This document shows positions 50,896-62,755 of a DNA stretch of 64,000 nucleotides, piece by piece. Source of the stretch: an uncultured Candidatus Micrarchaeota archaeon (lineage in GTDB: Archaea; Micrarchaeota; Micrarchaeia; Micrarchaeales; CABMGC01). A program made the position numbers and the translations under genes. The DNA lies in NCBI GenBank assembly GCA_963753785.1, contig CAVWDL010000005.1, positions 6,969 through 70,968 of the forward strand, given 5' to 3'. The notes beneath the pieces were generated by a model. The model was given only the letters and a program-made list of their open reading frames with translations. It was not told the origin of the DNA and made no database searches. Position 1 is the stretch's first letter. Each line of letters begins with the position of its first letter.

Positions 50896-52964
50896 TCAAC
50901 CTATCAAAAGCGAGATGTAGCACTGGCCAAGGGTCGTGTCGTTGCCGCTGGCGTCAAGGACTGTGCCGTATAGCGAGTAGAGCGAGATCGTGTTCTTCGT
51001 GGTCTCCTCAAGCACGACCACGGGGATGTTCGTCCCTGCATAGAACCCGAGGCAAGAATCCACGGTCCTTGTGCTGTTGTTGGTGGTGCACTGGCCGTTC
51101 GCGAAGCGGACCTGCACGGGCGTCTTGCCGGCAGCGGTCGCCTGAGGACCTATCCTTCCCGCACACGAGAGGGCGCTAGCGGTCGGCGTTCCGTTTATCG
51201 CCACGACCAGGTACTTGGAAGAGGAGTATGCTCCCTTGAATGCGCCGAACGGCGCGGACGATGAGGCGGATGCCAGCAGCAGGTACGTCGCCGCCATCCA
51301 GAGCACAGTGATTATTATGACGATCTTGTAGATGCCGCTCCAGTGGGAGGCGGTCCTCCTGTTCTCCATCAGCTTGTGCCCTGACTTGAGGTAAATTCTC
51401 ACCACCATGAGCAGTATCAGCGCAATCACGCCTATGAGCAGAGGTAGCAGCATGCCGAGGATAGGCGCCATCGAGACCGCCGATGCGTAGCTCAGGCCCA
51501 TGGCGGACGCAACTGCGGTTATGAAAGGCGTGTCGAAGTATCTCGCCAGCTCAACAGGGCTTAACTGATCGGTGGAGTAGCCCGAGAGCTTGGATGAGAT
51601 CGCCGAGAGCTGCATGCTTATGCCGGTCACGTTCGTGACCTTGCCGGACGAGAGCACGCCGTTTAGCGAGAGCTCGGAGAAGGCGAGGCCCAGGAGGTCC
51701 CCTGAGACGCCCTGCTTGGGCACCTGGAGCTCGAGGAGCTTCGCGGTGTTCCCCTTAGATAGCGTCACGATCGACGAGTAGGAGGCGTTGAGGGCGGTGA
51801 ACTCGGAGGAGAGATTCTTGTACTCGGCAGAGAGGGTCACCTTCGCAGTCGTGAGGTTAGTGGTGAAGTAGTTGGAGACCACACCGTTGTAGCTCGCCGA
51901 CATCTTGGCGAGGGCGGAGGAGAGCTTCGCGTCGGTGATGTGGGTCAGGAGGAATGCGCTGTCGTTGACGAGGGCGCCGTAGCCCGGGAGGGTGGAGTTG
52001 ACGAGCGCGTTGAGCGCGGCCATCTTCGACTTCGAGAGGACGGGGTATGCGTAGACCATCTCGGTGTCAATGGCGCTCTGCGCGACCTCCATCACCTGGT
52101 TGTTGGAGAGAGGCAGCGAGCTGAGCTTCGCCATCGAGGCGTTCATGATCGCGAGCTTCGTGTAGTTGTAGTTGAGGTTGAAGCAGTATCCGAGGGATGC
52201 GCAGAACCACGGGGCGGAGTTGAGGGTGTAGTAGTTGCTGCACGTCGAGAGGACGTCGGCGGTTATGTCAGAGGTAGGGGGAAGATCGGATTCTTGTAGA
52301 TATTCTTGGTGACGTTCTCTATGCCCGCGAAGGAGCTGTTCAGCTGCGCAAGGTCGAAGAGGACGTTGTTCCTGCTGATCGTGTTGATAGTGTTGAAGAA
52401 GGTGCCCTCGTCCGCGCTGAGGGTCGAGTATGCGGTCGAGAAGCTCATGACTCCCGTGCCGAATATGCCGGTGACCCCTCCCGTAGCGTCAAGGACCTGC
52501 TTGCAGCTGGGTATCCCCTGGCACGAGGCGCAGTAGTTGCCGACTGTGCAGGTATCCCCCAATCCCAGGCCTGTCTCTTGGAGGCAGTCCCCGAGGGATC
52601 CCGCGGATGTGTTGAGGTATGAGTGCATCAGGGAGGCTATTCCAGTGAAGCTCGCCTGCGAGAATGCCTGGTTCTGCGTGTAGTTCCTTATTATCTGGTA
52701 TGCGAGCGTGTCGTTGAGCACGAAGAAGTACTTGCCGCTGGTGTTTACGAGGAAGTTCAGGGCGTGGCTGCCGTTGTAGAGGCCCACGTAGGTGATCCCG
52801 TTGTAGGTGAAGTTGACAGCCGACAGGCCGCTGATCACGCCGCTTGGGACGCTGTAGCCCGAGAGCAGCGAGTCCACGCCGCCCATCGAGTAGGCGCTGA
52901 CCGCGTACGGAACCGCTGCAAAAACCAGAAAGAACAACATAAGAGTAGCTTGTTCGCATCTCAT
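50896..52964 (-). CDS. Large hypothetical exported/membrane protein (one frameshift near 52270)
   Basis: ORFs 52263-52964 (signal peptide, Cys cluster) and 50896-52146 appear continuous across the shift. Confidence 0.65.
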
Positions 52965-53114
52965 CCCTGACTTGCGAACCTATAATGAAGTCGACACATT
53001 TAAATACGTTTTCGGAGCCCGGCGGATGCTACGACGGGAGATGCAGTACGACGACAAGAGAAGAATGGGATGGAATGGGATGGGCATGGGTGGCGCTTTG
53101 GGCGGATGGACGAT

Positions 53115-53147
53115 AAAAAAAAGAAGGAGGGGCCCGAAGGCCCCTCC
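53115..53147 (-). terminator. Intrinsic terminator-like hairpin after the S-layer gene
   Basis: Minus strand GGAGGGGCC-TTCG-GGCCCCTCC followed by TTCTTTTTTTT. Confidence 0.75.
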
Positions 53148-53181
53148 CGAAATCTGTCTGTATGGTTACTATCCGTACTTC

Positions 53182-56100
53182 CTACGACGCCGCGCTCAGC
53201 AGAGCCTGGATGAACTGGTTCCCTGCCTGCACGGTCTGGTTCGCGTAGTAGCCAGCGACGAGGATGCGGTTGCTTCCGTATGCCTGCACGACCACGGAGC
53301 CCGTGTTGAAGCTCGAGTCGAGGCTCGGGTTCTGGCTGAAGATCTGCGCAGCCACGGTGTTGACGTACTTGCTTCCCACGACGATCAGGGTCGGGATGCA
53401 GCGTTCGCGTTGCTGTCCAGCACTACCAGAGGCGTCGTCGCCGTGTCGAGCTTGACCGGCGTGGTCGCGCTCAGTCACGCTAGGCGTCGCAGTCAGGTTC
53501 GCAGACTCCGCTCACGGTGCATCCGCTTCCGTCCTGTCACTGTGCAAGTCTGCGTTGACGTTCGCTATGGTGACGTTAGGGATGTTCGTCGACTGCCCGA
53601 CTCCATAAGGTCCCTGCCTTGTTCTTCGTTGTGGATGACCGTGGTGTTGCCAGGCCCAACTACCAACTGCAGCTTGTCTACCGCTTCGCCAGGTTCAGGG
53701 CGAGTGTCGTAGGCGATATGCTTGCGACCTTGCTTCCCCTCTCCGAGACGAAGCCCTAGTTCGCGCTCGAGCGCTCCGATGCCGTTGACGCAGTGTACGT
53801 CACGTTGTTCTGCTGGTTCGAGAGCGAGTAGTTCAGCTGGAACAGGCGTCGACTGCCCCACTCCCACTGTCGAGTTCACCATGTCGAATCCGAAGTCGTC
53901 CATCGGACGCGGTGTTCGAGGACACCGGTTCCTCCATACGTTGTAGGTGAAGAAGCTCAACAGGGTGCGTTCCGGATCCTTCAAACCGCAGACTGCTGTA
54001 CGACTTATGCTTGAACGTCGTCGTAGGCTGCCCGTTCTGCTGGTTGTAGATGACGGTCGCTCCAGGTTCCGATGCCGTAGTACACCTTCCCGTCTGGGAG
54101 TATATGACCTCAGGCGGGTGTTTAGGTCAAGCAGTCGCCATCGTCGTTTCCGTTCCCGTCCACTGCGAATCCGATGGTTCCGGAGTTAGCGGCTGTCCAA
54201 CTGTACGGTAATCCAGGCAGTGCCCTGTTCAGCTTTATCGCGGTTATGTTGTAGAAGTTGCCGTCGTGGTCTGCGCATTCGCGTGTTGCCGTTTGCCACC
54301 GTGTTCACTGCTGTGAACAGTAGCGTGGTGCTCGTGAGTCGATCCGCCAGTGTTCGACGGGTATCCGCGTTATGGTCACCAGCAGAGGGTTCGATGCGGT
54401 CATGTAGTTGCCCGCAGTGGAGTCGAGGCCCGACAGGGACTGTCACGCTTATCACTACGTTCACAGGTCCTCCCTGCCTGCCCAGGCGTGTTAGCTCCTA
54501 TGGCGTTCGCTTCTCAGGTCACCGTACGGGGTCAGCAGGTACGTCATCGAGCTGCACGTCTGTCCCCCGTAGCTGAACGCGTTAGGTATCGGGCTCGTCA
54601 CGATCAGCTCCTGCGCAGGCTCAGTCACGTTCGTTATGATCCTGAGTCCGTAGCCCGTGTTGGACGCGGGTTCGCCTAGTTCGCGTATGCAACGCTTCGC
54701 GTACTGCGTCTGGCATCGACATCCCGTCGTAGTTCGCTGTCCCAGAGTGTCTCCAACGAAAGTCACCTTGTACACCTTAGGGCTCTGTATGAAGTTGAAG
54801 CTCTGTCCAGGCACAGCGTCGATACCGGAGTCGTGTTGTAGATGATGATGCTCTGCAGGTCGGTGTACGTTGTCCTCCTGACGTGTTGGTCCACAGCAGG
54901 TTGATGTTCCAGCCAGGGTCCTTCGTCTGGTTGAAGATCTGTCCGTCCGTCACGTTGTACACGTTGGAGTACAGCTGCATCTTCGCCCACTTCTGGTACG
55001 CGTACAATCCTGCGAAGGTCTGGTTGACCTTGACGTAGAGCTGGTGTCCGGTCACGTTGAACTTCACCGTGTTGCCAGGGCAAACCGAAGAGGTGTTCGT
55101 CAGCACTTGTTGTAGTAGACGCGCAACGCAGCAGGGCTTATTCCGCTGCTAGCTGTCCGAGGTCCGAGAGCTGCACTGTGAACGGCCCGCTCGTCAGGTT
55201 TTGCCCGACGTATACGGTCGTCAGAGGAACCAGCGAAGTCGCGAGTCCCAGCTTTCCTCCGTTGATCGTGGTCGTCGATGATCGATGCAGTGCCGCTGAA
55301 GGCAGCGTGTAGCTGACTATGGTCCAGTTCTGTCCGAGCAGGTTGATCGCCGCGTTGTTCACGCTGTTTCCCGTGGAGTTCGCCGAGGGTTCCGTCGCAT
55401 AGTACGGCTCGTGTATCGGCTTGTTGAAGGTTGCCTGGTAGGCGCCTCCCGCGTTCATCAGCGCGAAGTTCTGCACTGAAGGGAGGTCTGCTGGTCGTAG
55501 ACAGGGAATCCCGTCAGCCAGAGAGACTCGGATCTCTCCGTACGCTCCCGCGTTGCTCAGCAGGGAGGGCAGCTGCGCGCTGGTTATCTGAGCAGGTTGT
55601 CGTTCGCAGCTGATGGTGAAGTGGAGAAGCAGACTCCTCCTCCGTTGGTCGATGAAGCAGGATTGGTCGAAGTAGGAACATATCCCGCTGCCGTGTAAGG
55701 GCGAGTCAGCAGGGATTCGTTGTCGTGTAGCCGTGCGCGATACGAGTACTGCTGACGCCGTTCCAGCGAGGAACTTCGTGTTCGTAGGCGAACCGAGAGC
55801 GACTGCCCTGTTGAGCACGGACCCTATCAGGGCCGTGAAGCCGTAGCTTCCGCTCGGAGCAGAGATTCCGCTCTCTCCTAGCCAGACCTGCTGGTTGGAC
55901 ACAGAGCACGTCGCGGTTGTAACAACGCATCTCACTCGCTCGGCGCCGCTGACCGTCGCTGTTACCGGGGTCGAAGTGAAGGCAAGGTTTCCTATCACCG
56001 CCGCGATGTTTGCAGCGACCACTCCGTCAGAAGGCTGAGCGGTCGATCCGACAACAATCTGCACTACAGGCTGTCCAGCGCTGGTTATTATCGGTATATT

Positions 56101-56196
56101 GCTGTAGGTCACCGGTCCTGCCACAGCAAGCCCAAAAAGCAGGCTTGCAGCCAAGACTCCTATTCTCTTTGCGTTTAGTCTATTCATTCTCTCCAC
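53182..56196 (-). CDS. S-layer protein (very heavily frameshifted in this sequence)
   Basis: N-terminal KRIGVLAASLLFG...IVVGSTAQPSDGVVAANIAAVIG and C-terminal LIVVGSKYVNTVA...NRILVAGYYANQTVQA, typical of archaeal S-layer N/C-terminal domains; strong terminator follows. Confidence 0.75.
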
Positions 56197-56530
56197 TTAA
56201 CATTTCGAAAATAATCTAAACTGAAAGGTATTTAAACATTGCGCTAGGGACGTAACAGGTAGTACCGAAACTTCGTCATTTGTTGTAGTACGCTTCTTTC
56301 ATCCACTAAGTCATTCGACGATAGGCAAATCAGCGCCTTTTCTGGCATCCCTTCCCGCCCTGTTCCAGGAGGACCCCTTCCCGAAGGCCCAAAAGGCGCC
56401 GGGATGGCTCTTCGGCCGGATTTCCAGGAGCCGGAGGCGCGCCTCCATGGTCCCGGACCTTCCATCCGGAGCCGGCTGGACATATTCTATATATAGTATA
56501 TCATATGCATGTTTAATCATAGTGGTCAGC

Positions 56531-58328
56531 ATGTGCGGGATTGTCGCTTATATGGGGGAGGGGAAGGGAGCCCCCTCAAAGGTCCTGGCGGGCCTGAAGA
56601 GGCTGGAATACAGGGGCTACGACTCCTGGGGGATAGCCTCCCTGGACAAAAAGGACAGGATCAGGGTCATGAAGAGAGTGGGGAAGATAGGGGGCGTCGA
56701 GGCCTCAAGCGTCTCGAAGGCGCTCGGGGAGGGGAACGGGATCGCGCTCGGGCATACGAGGTGGGCGACCCACGGAGGGATAAGCGAAAGGAACTGTCAC
56801 CCCCATCTTGACTGCGCGGGCAGGGTGGCGGTTGTCCACAACGGCATAGTCGAGAACTACATCGAGCTGAGGAAGCGGCTCTCCGGGAGGAACCACAGGC
56901 TCCTCTCGCAGACGGACACAGAGATAATACCCCACCTCATAGAGGAGAGGATGGGAAAGGGCAGGAGCTTCGCCGCGGCTGTGAGGGAGACCGCCAAGAT
57001 GCTGGAAGGCAGGTCCGCCTTCGTGGCGGCGAGCCTTGAGACGGGGGAGATCGCCGCGGTCAGGTTAGGGGCGCCGCTGATAGTCGGGGTCCTTCCGAAA
57101 GGGAGGGGGTTCTACGTCAGCTCGGACGTCTACGCCTTCCTCGACGACACGAACGAGGTCATGTACATAGACGACGGCCAGATGGCGGTCGTGAAGAGGG
57201 GCGCCAAGCCGGAGTTCCTGAAGGGTCTCCGACGGCAGCAGGGTGCGAAAGAGGCTGGTCAAGGTCGACTGGAAGAGGGGGGAGGCGAGCAAGTCGGGCT
57301 ACGACCACTTCCTGATAAAGGAGATAATGGAGCAGAAGGAGACCATAGCCCAGGCGATAAACCAGGACGACCGGAAGATCCAGGGGATAGCGAGGAGGAT
57401 AAGGGGCGCCTTCGGCGTCTTCCTCGTCGGGAGCGGGACGTCGGGCAAGGTCTGCGGAGTCGCCAGCTACCTCTTCTCCGAGGTCGCGGACAAGCACGTA
57501 AACTCCGTGGTGGCCTCCGAGTTCGGGAGCTACGAGCACTACCTCAAGAAGAACACGCTCATGATCGCAATCTCTCAGAGCGGGGAGACCGCGGACGTCC
57601 TAGAGGCGATGGAGGTCGCGAAGAGGAAGCACGCAAGGATACTGAGCCTGCTCAACGTCTTCGGGTCGACGATGATGCGGGTTAGCGACGACTTCCTCCT
57701 CGTCAACGCGGGCGCGGAGAGGGCGGTCGCAAGCACCAAGGCGACGACGGCGCAGCTCTCGCTCGCGACGCTTCTCGCCTACGCCACCGCCGGAAGGCTG
57801 AAGGAGGGCAAGCTGCTCCTCCTCAACACCGCCTCGGAGGTCAACGACATGCTGAACCCTAGGTACGAGACCAGGATAAAGAAGCTAGCGGCGAGGCTCG
57901 CAGGCAGCAACAGCATATTCATACTCGGCAGGGGCGCGAACTTCCCGATGTCGGAGGAGGCGGCGATAAAGCTGCAGGAGACCTGCTACATACACGCGCA
58001 GGGTTTCGCAGGGGGAGAGCTAAAGCACGGGCCCCTGGCGCTGATAGAGAAGGGGACGCCGTGCATAGTGCTCGTCGCAAACGACGGGAACAGGGGGAGC
58101 ATCCTAAGCAACGCCGTCGAGGTGAAGGCGAGGGGCGGATACGTGATAGGGGTCGCCCCCGAGAACAACGAGGCCTTCGACTACTGGCTTAAGGTGCCAG
58201 ATGCCGGTAACGCCAGCCCGATAGTCAACATAATACCGATACAGATACTCGCATACCACATGGCCCTGGCGAGGGGGATAGACCCCGACTACCCGAGGAA
58301 CCTCGCGAAGTCGGTCACGGTGAAGTGA
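56531..58328 (+). CDS. glmS: Glutamine--fructose-6-phosphate transaminase (one frameshift near 57225)
   Basis: MCGIV start, LEYRGYDS, GHTRWATHG, SQSGETAD, ELKHGP and PRNLAKSVTV motifs. Confidence 0.97.
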
Positions 58329-58389
58329 GCCTGGGCGCCCCCTATAATATACTAATATATGTTGTGTGCTTATTGGAAATGGTGTTTTC

Positions 58390-59319
58390 ATGGAAGATAA
58401 TGTTTACGACCAGGACAGGCTCCGGCTGACCCTTTCGTCGGTGCCGGGGGCCATCAGGTACGTGGGATACCTCGCGAACGCCTATCTCGTGCCCATGATG
58501 CGGGAGACGAACGACTGGTGGAAGGTCATAATGGTTTACGTCGGGGCCAAGGGCGAGGCGGAGGTGCAGCTCGGCAGCGGCGAGATATTCCCCCTCAAGA
58601 AATCCAACATGAGCGAGCTGATAGCGGAGGTGGAGACGAGGAACACCCTTAGGAAGGTGAAGCACACCGTCAGCAACGGCGTTGTTCACATGAAGTTCGG
58701 AAGCATGAGCGTCCTCAGCGACCGCAGCGGCGCAGGATCAGTGGCGGAGGCTTTCATATCCAAGCACTACGGCATGATCGACGTAAGGGGCAAGGACGTC
58801 ATAGACATAGGCGCGTTCGTAGGGGACGGTGCGGTGTACTACATACTCGAAGGCGGAGCAAAGAAAGTCTACGCGGTCGAGCCGGTCATGTCCCTCTACA
58901 AGATAGCCAAGAGGAACGCGAAGCTCAACGGGCTCGAGGGCAAGATAGAGTCCCTCAGGCTCGCGGTCTCGGGCAAGGGGGGAGGCAAGATAACAATAGA
59001 CGACGGTTTCGGCTTCAAAGAGGAAGTCCCGACTGTCTCTCTCGACGAGCTGGCGGAGAGGTGCAAGATAAGGCACGGCGCGCTCAAGGTCGACTGCGAG
59101 GGATGCGAGTACGGGATATTCAGGCACGTCTCGAGCGAAACGCTCAAAAGGTTCGAAACGATAAACGTCGAGTATCACCACGGCTACAGGGACCTGGTGG
59201 AGAGGCTGAAGAAAGAGGGCTTCGCGGTCACCTACACTAAGCCCAGGAGGTCGTTCACCAACCTGTTCAAGACCTCGATAATCTCGGGGGACATAGTCGC
59301 GGTGAGGGAAGGAGAATGA
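58390..59319 (+). CDS. FkbM-family methyltransferase
   Basis: IDIGAFVGD, YAVEP, LKVDCEGCE and VEYH motifs. Confidence 0.88.
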   Translation: MEDNVYDQDRLRLTLSSVPGAIRYVGYLANAYLVPMMRETNDWWKVIMVYVGAKGEAEVQLGSGEIFPLKKSNMSELIAEVETRNTLRKVKHTVSNGVVHMKFGSMSVLSDRSGAGSVAEAFISKHYGMIDVRGKDVIDIGAFVGDGAVYYILEGGAKKVYAVEPVMSLYKIAKRNAKLNGLEGKIESLRLAVSGKGGGKITIDDGFGFKEEVPTVSLDELAERCKIRHGALKVDCEGCEYGIFRHVSSETLKRFETINVEYHHGYRDLVERLKKEGFAVTYTKPRRSFTNLFKTSIISGDIVAVREGE

Positions 59320-60368
59320 AGGCGACGGCTCTAATATTCTCGAAGGACGACACGGACCAGGCAATCGAGCTCGCGAGCGCGATACGCGGAGATTTCGACG
59401 AGACAGTCGTGATGGACGCGAGCGGCAAGCGAGGGAAGGCGTACCTCAAGGAGGGGAAGCGCAGGCTCGGGCTCGACAGGATGAGGATATTCGACGTCAT
59501 TGCCCTCGGCTTCAGGGAGCCCCTGATGATGTACGCGCTGACCAAGTGCAGGAACGAGTGGGTCATCGCGTTCAACACAGACGAGAAGCCTTCGGAGTCC
59601 CTCGTCAGGGACATGCATAAGCTCATTTCGAGAAAGGGGAACGACGCCTATTCCATTCCGATCTACAGCGTCCACGGCCCGAAAAGCAGGACGTTCGTAT
59701 CGTCGCAGATAAGGCTCTTCAAGAAGGGGAAGATCCACTTCAGGGGGATGCTCCACGAGCAGCCGATAGTGCGCGGAACCTTCCTCGAGCTCTCGGACGG
59801 CTACTACATAAACCACATGACCACAGGGAAGTCCCACACGACCAAAGTGGGATACGCGGAGCTGGAGAGGTTCCAGAGATACACCTACAGGGACTACAAC
59901 AAGAACATGCTCGAGATGTACGATAGGGCGAGAAGGCTCTACTCTCTCGACAAGAAGGAAATCGGGCCGGTGAAGAGGCTCATGCTCGCGGGCCTTCGGC
60001 TCTACCAGGCGCTCGGGCTGAAATCACAGGACCAGGAGGTGAGCAGCTTCGATTACTTCATGTCGATGCTCGCAAGGGACGTCGCCCACCAGATAAGGAG
60101 GAGGAGAATCAGGGGTGTGATCGAGGCGTTCCCCGGAGCCGCAAGGTACTCGGAGAAGATGAAGGGGTGGAGGGGCGCAGAGACCGCCGATGAGGACTTC
60201 GAGATAGCGAAGATAATACAGAAGGAGGGGACTGTCGGGTTCCTCGGGCTCGACAGGACGGATGTCGTCGACGGGCTCAACAGGAAGTACATGAACAAGA
60301 AGCAGGGGATAATGCTCCTCATAAGGTTGCTCAGGGAGAAGTACGAGAGGGACGCGGAGTTAGGATAG
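59316..60368 (+). CDS. Glycosyltransferase family 2-like protein
   Basis: VVMDAS, EWVIAFNTDE and RLFKK...FRGMLHEQP pattern; sits in a glycan cluster. Confidence 0.65.
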   Translation: MKATALIFSKDDTDQAIELASAIRGDFDETVVMDASGKRGKAYLKEGKRRLGLDRMRIFDVIALGFREPLMMYALTKCRNEWVIAFNTDEKPSESLVRDMHKLISRKGNDAYSIPIYSVHGPKSRTFVSSQIRLFKKGKIHFRGMLHEQPIVRGTFLELSDGYYINHMTTGKSHTTKVGYAELERFQRYTYRDYNKNMLEMYDRARRLYSLDKKEIGPVKRLMLAGLRLYQALGLKSQDQEVSSFDYFMSMLARDVAHQIRRRRIRGVIEAFPGAARYSEKMKGWRGAETADEDFEIAKIIQKEGTVGFLGLDRTDVVDGLNRKYMNKKQGIMLLIRLLREKYERDAELG

Positions 60369-60372
60369 TGTT

Positions 60373-61950
60373 TTGATGCCTTACGAGAACGAAGCGGAGA
60401 CAATGGAGATAGGGCTCAGCAGCGCGAAGGTCGCGTCGTTCGTCACGATAACCCAGGTCGCATCCATACTGATAAGCGGGATCATGGTGGTTGTCATCGC
60501 CAGGATGCTCGGTCCCGCGAGCTACGGAATATACAGCCTCGCATACAGCGTGGCGGTATTCTTCAGCTCCTTCGGGGTCACGGGGATAGCCCACTACGTG
60601 AACAGGCAGATACCCGGCCTGCAGTCGAGGAAGGAGAAGGATGAGCTCGCCGAGATAGTGGGGGCGAGCATAATGTTCCTGCTGCTCCTGTGCCTCGCAT
60701 TCTTCGTGATCGGAGCAGCGCTCAGCGGATTCATAGCGAGCTACGTCTTCCACAGCCCCGCGTACGTCGGGCTGATAATGCTCTCGCTCTTCAGCATGGC
60801 GTTCATGATGATGATGTTCCTCGAGTACAACATACTCATAGGGTTCAAGGACGGGCTCGGATGCGCGCTCACTTTCATGATAGGCAACACCGCGATAGCG
60901 GTGGTGAGCGTCGCCCTCGTCTACCTGCAGTTCGGGCCCGCGGGCGTCATCTGGGGGACCATAATCGGCTCGCTGATAGGCATGGCGGTCGGAGTGGTCA
61001 TGATAAATCGGCACACGAGGATCAGGATAAGGCTCAGGGGATTCGGGGAGAGGATGGACAAGATAGTGCACATGGTGAAGTTCTCCCTTGTCCTCTCGGC
61101 GGCGGGGATACTATCCACCTCGATAAGCGCCTTCGCCGTGCTCCTGCTTGGGGCGCTCTCGCTTCCCGCGATAGTCGGATCCTTCGGAGTCGCGACAAGG
61201 ATAAGCACTATAATAGGCTCGGTGATGCTGTTCATAGGATCCGTGCTGATACCGATGTTCTCGACGGCGATGGAGAAGGAGAACTCGAAGAAGATGATAG
61301 GGGACCTCTACCACTACTCGATATACTTCGGGGTGCTCATAGCGGCGCCGGCCCTCGCGTATCTCTCGGCGTTCCCGAACGCGCTCGTGAACTCGGTCTT
61401 CCCCACCTACACCAGTGCCCATTACTACATACCGCTTCTAAGCGTCTGCACGCTCCTCGGGATTATCGGCGTGTACGCGACGTCGGTGATGATAAGCTTC
61501 GGGAAGGTGAACAAGCTGTTCAAGTACACCGTAGCCATCTCCATAGCGGAGATAGCGCTGCTCTTCGTCCTCGTGCCCTTCCTCAGCGCTTACGGCGTCA
61601 TAGTGGGGTTCTACCTCTTCGGCGCCCTTGCACTGGACTATCTCGGGATCAGGTACATGAAGAAGGAGCTGGGCATAAGTACTGAGCTAGGAGGGGTCTA
61701 TAGAATAATGGCCGCGAGCGCCATTCTGCTCCTCATGCTGCTCCCGATAAACCTGATTCCGGTCAGCGACACACTGAAGCTCGTGGTGGGAATGATTGCG
61801 GTCGTCGCCTTCTATCCCGCGCTTGTCGGGATCACGGGAGCGCTTCGCAAGAAGGAGTTCGAGATACTCCGCTCCGTCAGCGCGGGAGTTCCCGCGTTCG
61901 GGCCGGTACTCGACGTCGTCTTATCTTACACGGTAAGATTCGTCAGATGA
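60373..61950 (+). CDS. Oligosaccharide flippase (Wzx/MOP family)
   Basis: Many TM helices (roughly 14), ARMLGPASYGIY and VGSFGVA motifs. Confidence 0.88.
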   Translation: MMPYENEAETMEIGLSSAKVASFVTITQVASILISGIMVVVIARMLGPASYGIYSLAYSVAVFFSSFGVTGIAHYVNRQIPGLQSRKEKDELAEIVGASIMFLLLLCLAFFVIGAALSGFIASYVFHSPAYVGLIMLSLFSMAFMMMMFLEYNILIGFKDGLGCALTFMIGNTAIAVVSVALVYLQFGPAGVIWGTIIGSLIGMAVGVVMINRHTRIRIRLRGFGERMDKIVHMVKFSLVLSAAGILSTSISAFAVLLLGALSLPAIVGSFGVATRISTIIGSVMLFIGSVLIPMFSTAMEKENSKKMIGDLYHYSIYFGVLIAAPALAYLSAFPNALVNSVFPTYTSAHYYIPLLSVCTLLGIIGVYATSVMISFGKVNKLFKYTVAISIAEIALLFVLVPFLSAYGVIVGFYLFGALALDYLGIRYMKKELGISTELGGVYRIMAASAILLLMLLPINLIPVSDTLKLVVGMIAVVAFYPALVGITGALRKKEFEILRSVSAGVPAFGPVLDVVLSYTVRFVR

Positions 61951-62001
61951 GGCACAGGGAGTCGTCTGCAGGTGCATTCAGGAGAGAAAAAGAGGGGCAT
62001 T

Positions 62002-62697
62002 CTACCTCCACGCCTGAACATAGCCCACTCGCTTGTAGAATATGCCTTCGTGGTCGTCCATCTGCTTCACGTGGAATCCCCTGTCAGTGAGTAGCTGGTT
62101 CAGTTCGGGAAAGGTGTCGTGGTACTCTATCTGCATCCTGTAGACCCCGTCCAGCGCACCGGGATCGCAGTCGAATATCTCCTTCTCCGCGCCCTCCGCG
62201 TCGCACTTGATTATTATCCGATCGGAGTTTGCCATCTTCACGACGTCCTTGAGCATCAATGATTTCTTCTCGGAAGACGCCGACGCCTTCGCCTGGTATA
62301 TCGAGGAGCTCGGCGCGTCCGAATCAGATGTTCCCCCGCCTTCCTTGGAGACGGAATTGTTTATCAGATGTATCTTCCCGCCAAGTTGGGATTCCTTGAC
62401 TTGTTTTTCAGCCACTATGAAAGCCTGCCTGGAAGGTTCTATCGCAATCACTTTCTTTATCCCGTCGGGCATTGCAAGGTATATCGCAGTCTCCCCTTTG
62501 TAGGCGCCTATGTCTATCGCGGTCGTGCCTGGCTTCAGATCCTCGACGAGCCAGCGGTATGACTGCTGTATGAATATCTCCTTGAGCACCGTCAGGTAGC
62601 TGAGCTCATCCCTTATGTTCAGCAGCCTCTTCGCGATCAGCTTGGGCCTCTTCCCGATGAATTTCAGGTCGTCCCTTAGCCTATTTGTCATTCGCAT
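62002..62697 (-). CDS. FkbM-family methyltransferase
   Basis: IDIGAYKGE, IAIEP, IKCDAEGAE and IEYH motifs. Confidence 0.88.
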   Translation of the reverse strand: MRMTNRLRDDLKFIGKRPKLIAKRLLNIRDELSYLTVLKEIFIQQSYRWLVEDLKPGTTAIDIGAYKGETAIYLAMPDGIKKVIAIEPSRQAFIVAEKQVKESQLGGKIHLINNSVSKEGGGTSDSDAPSSSIYQAKASASSEKKSLMLKDVVKMANSDRIIIKCDAEGAEKEIFDCDPGALDGVYRMQIEYHDTFPELNQLLTDRGFHVKQMDDHEGIFYKRVGYVQAWR

Positions 62698-62755
62698 CCC
62701 TGGAATTTGGTGTGCAGAGTCGGAGATATCTATCCCGCTGAAGCTCTTATAGATA

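Noticed and set aside
56330-56480. glmS ribozyme, RNase P RNA or SRP RNA
   Set aside because: AGCGCC is present but the GACGAGG core is not. The RNase P-like GGAAGGTCCGG has no P4 pairing partner, and there is no SRP helix-8 motif.
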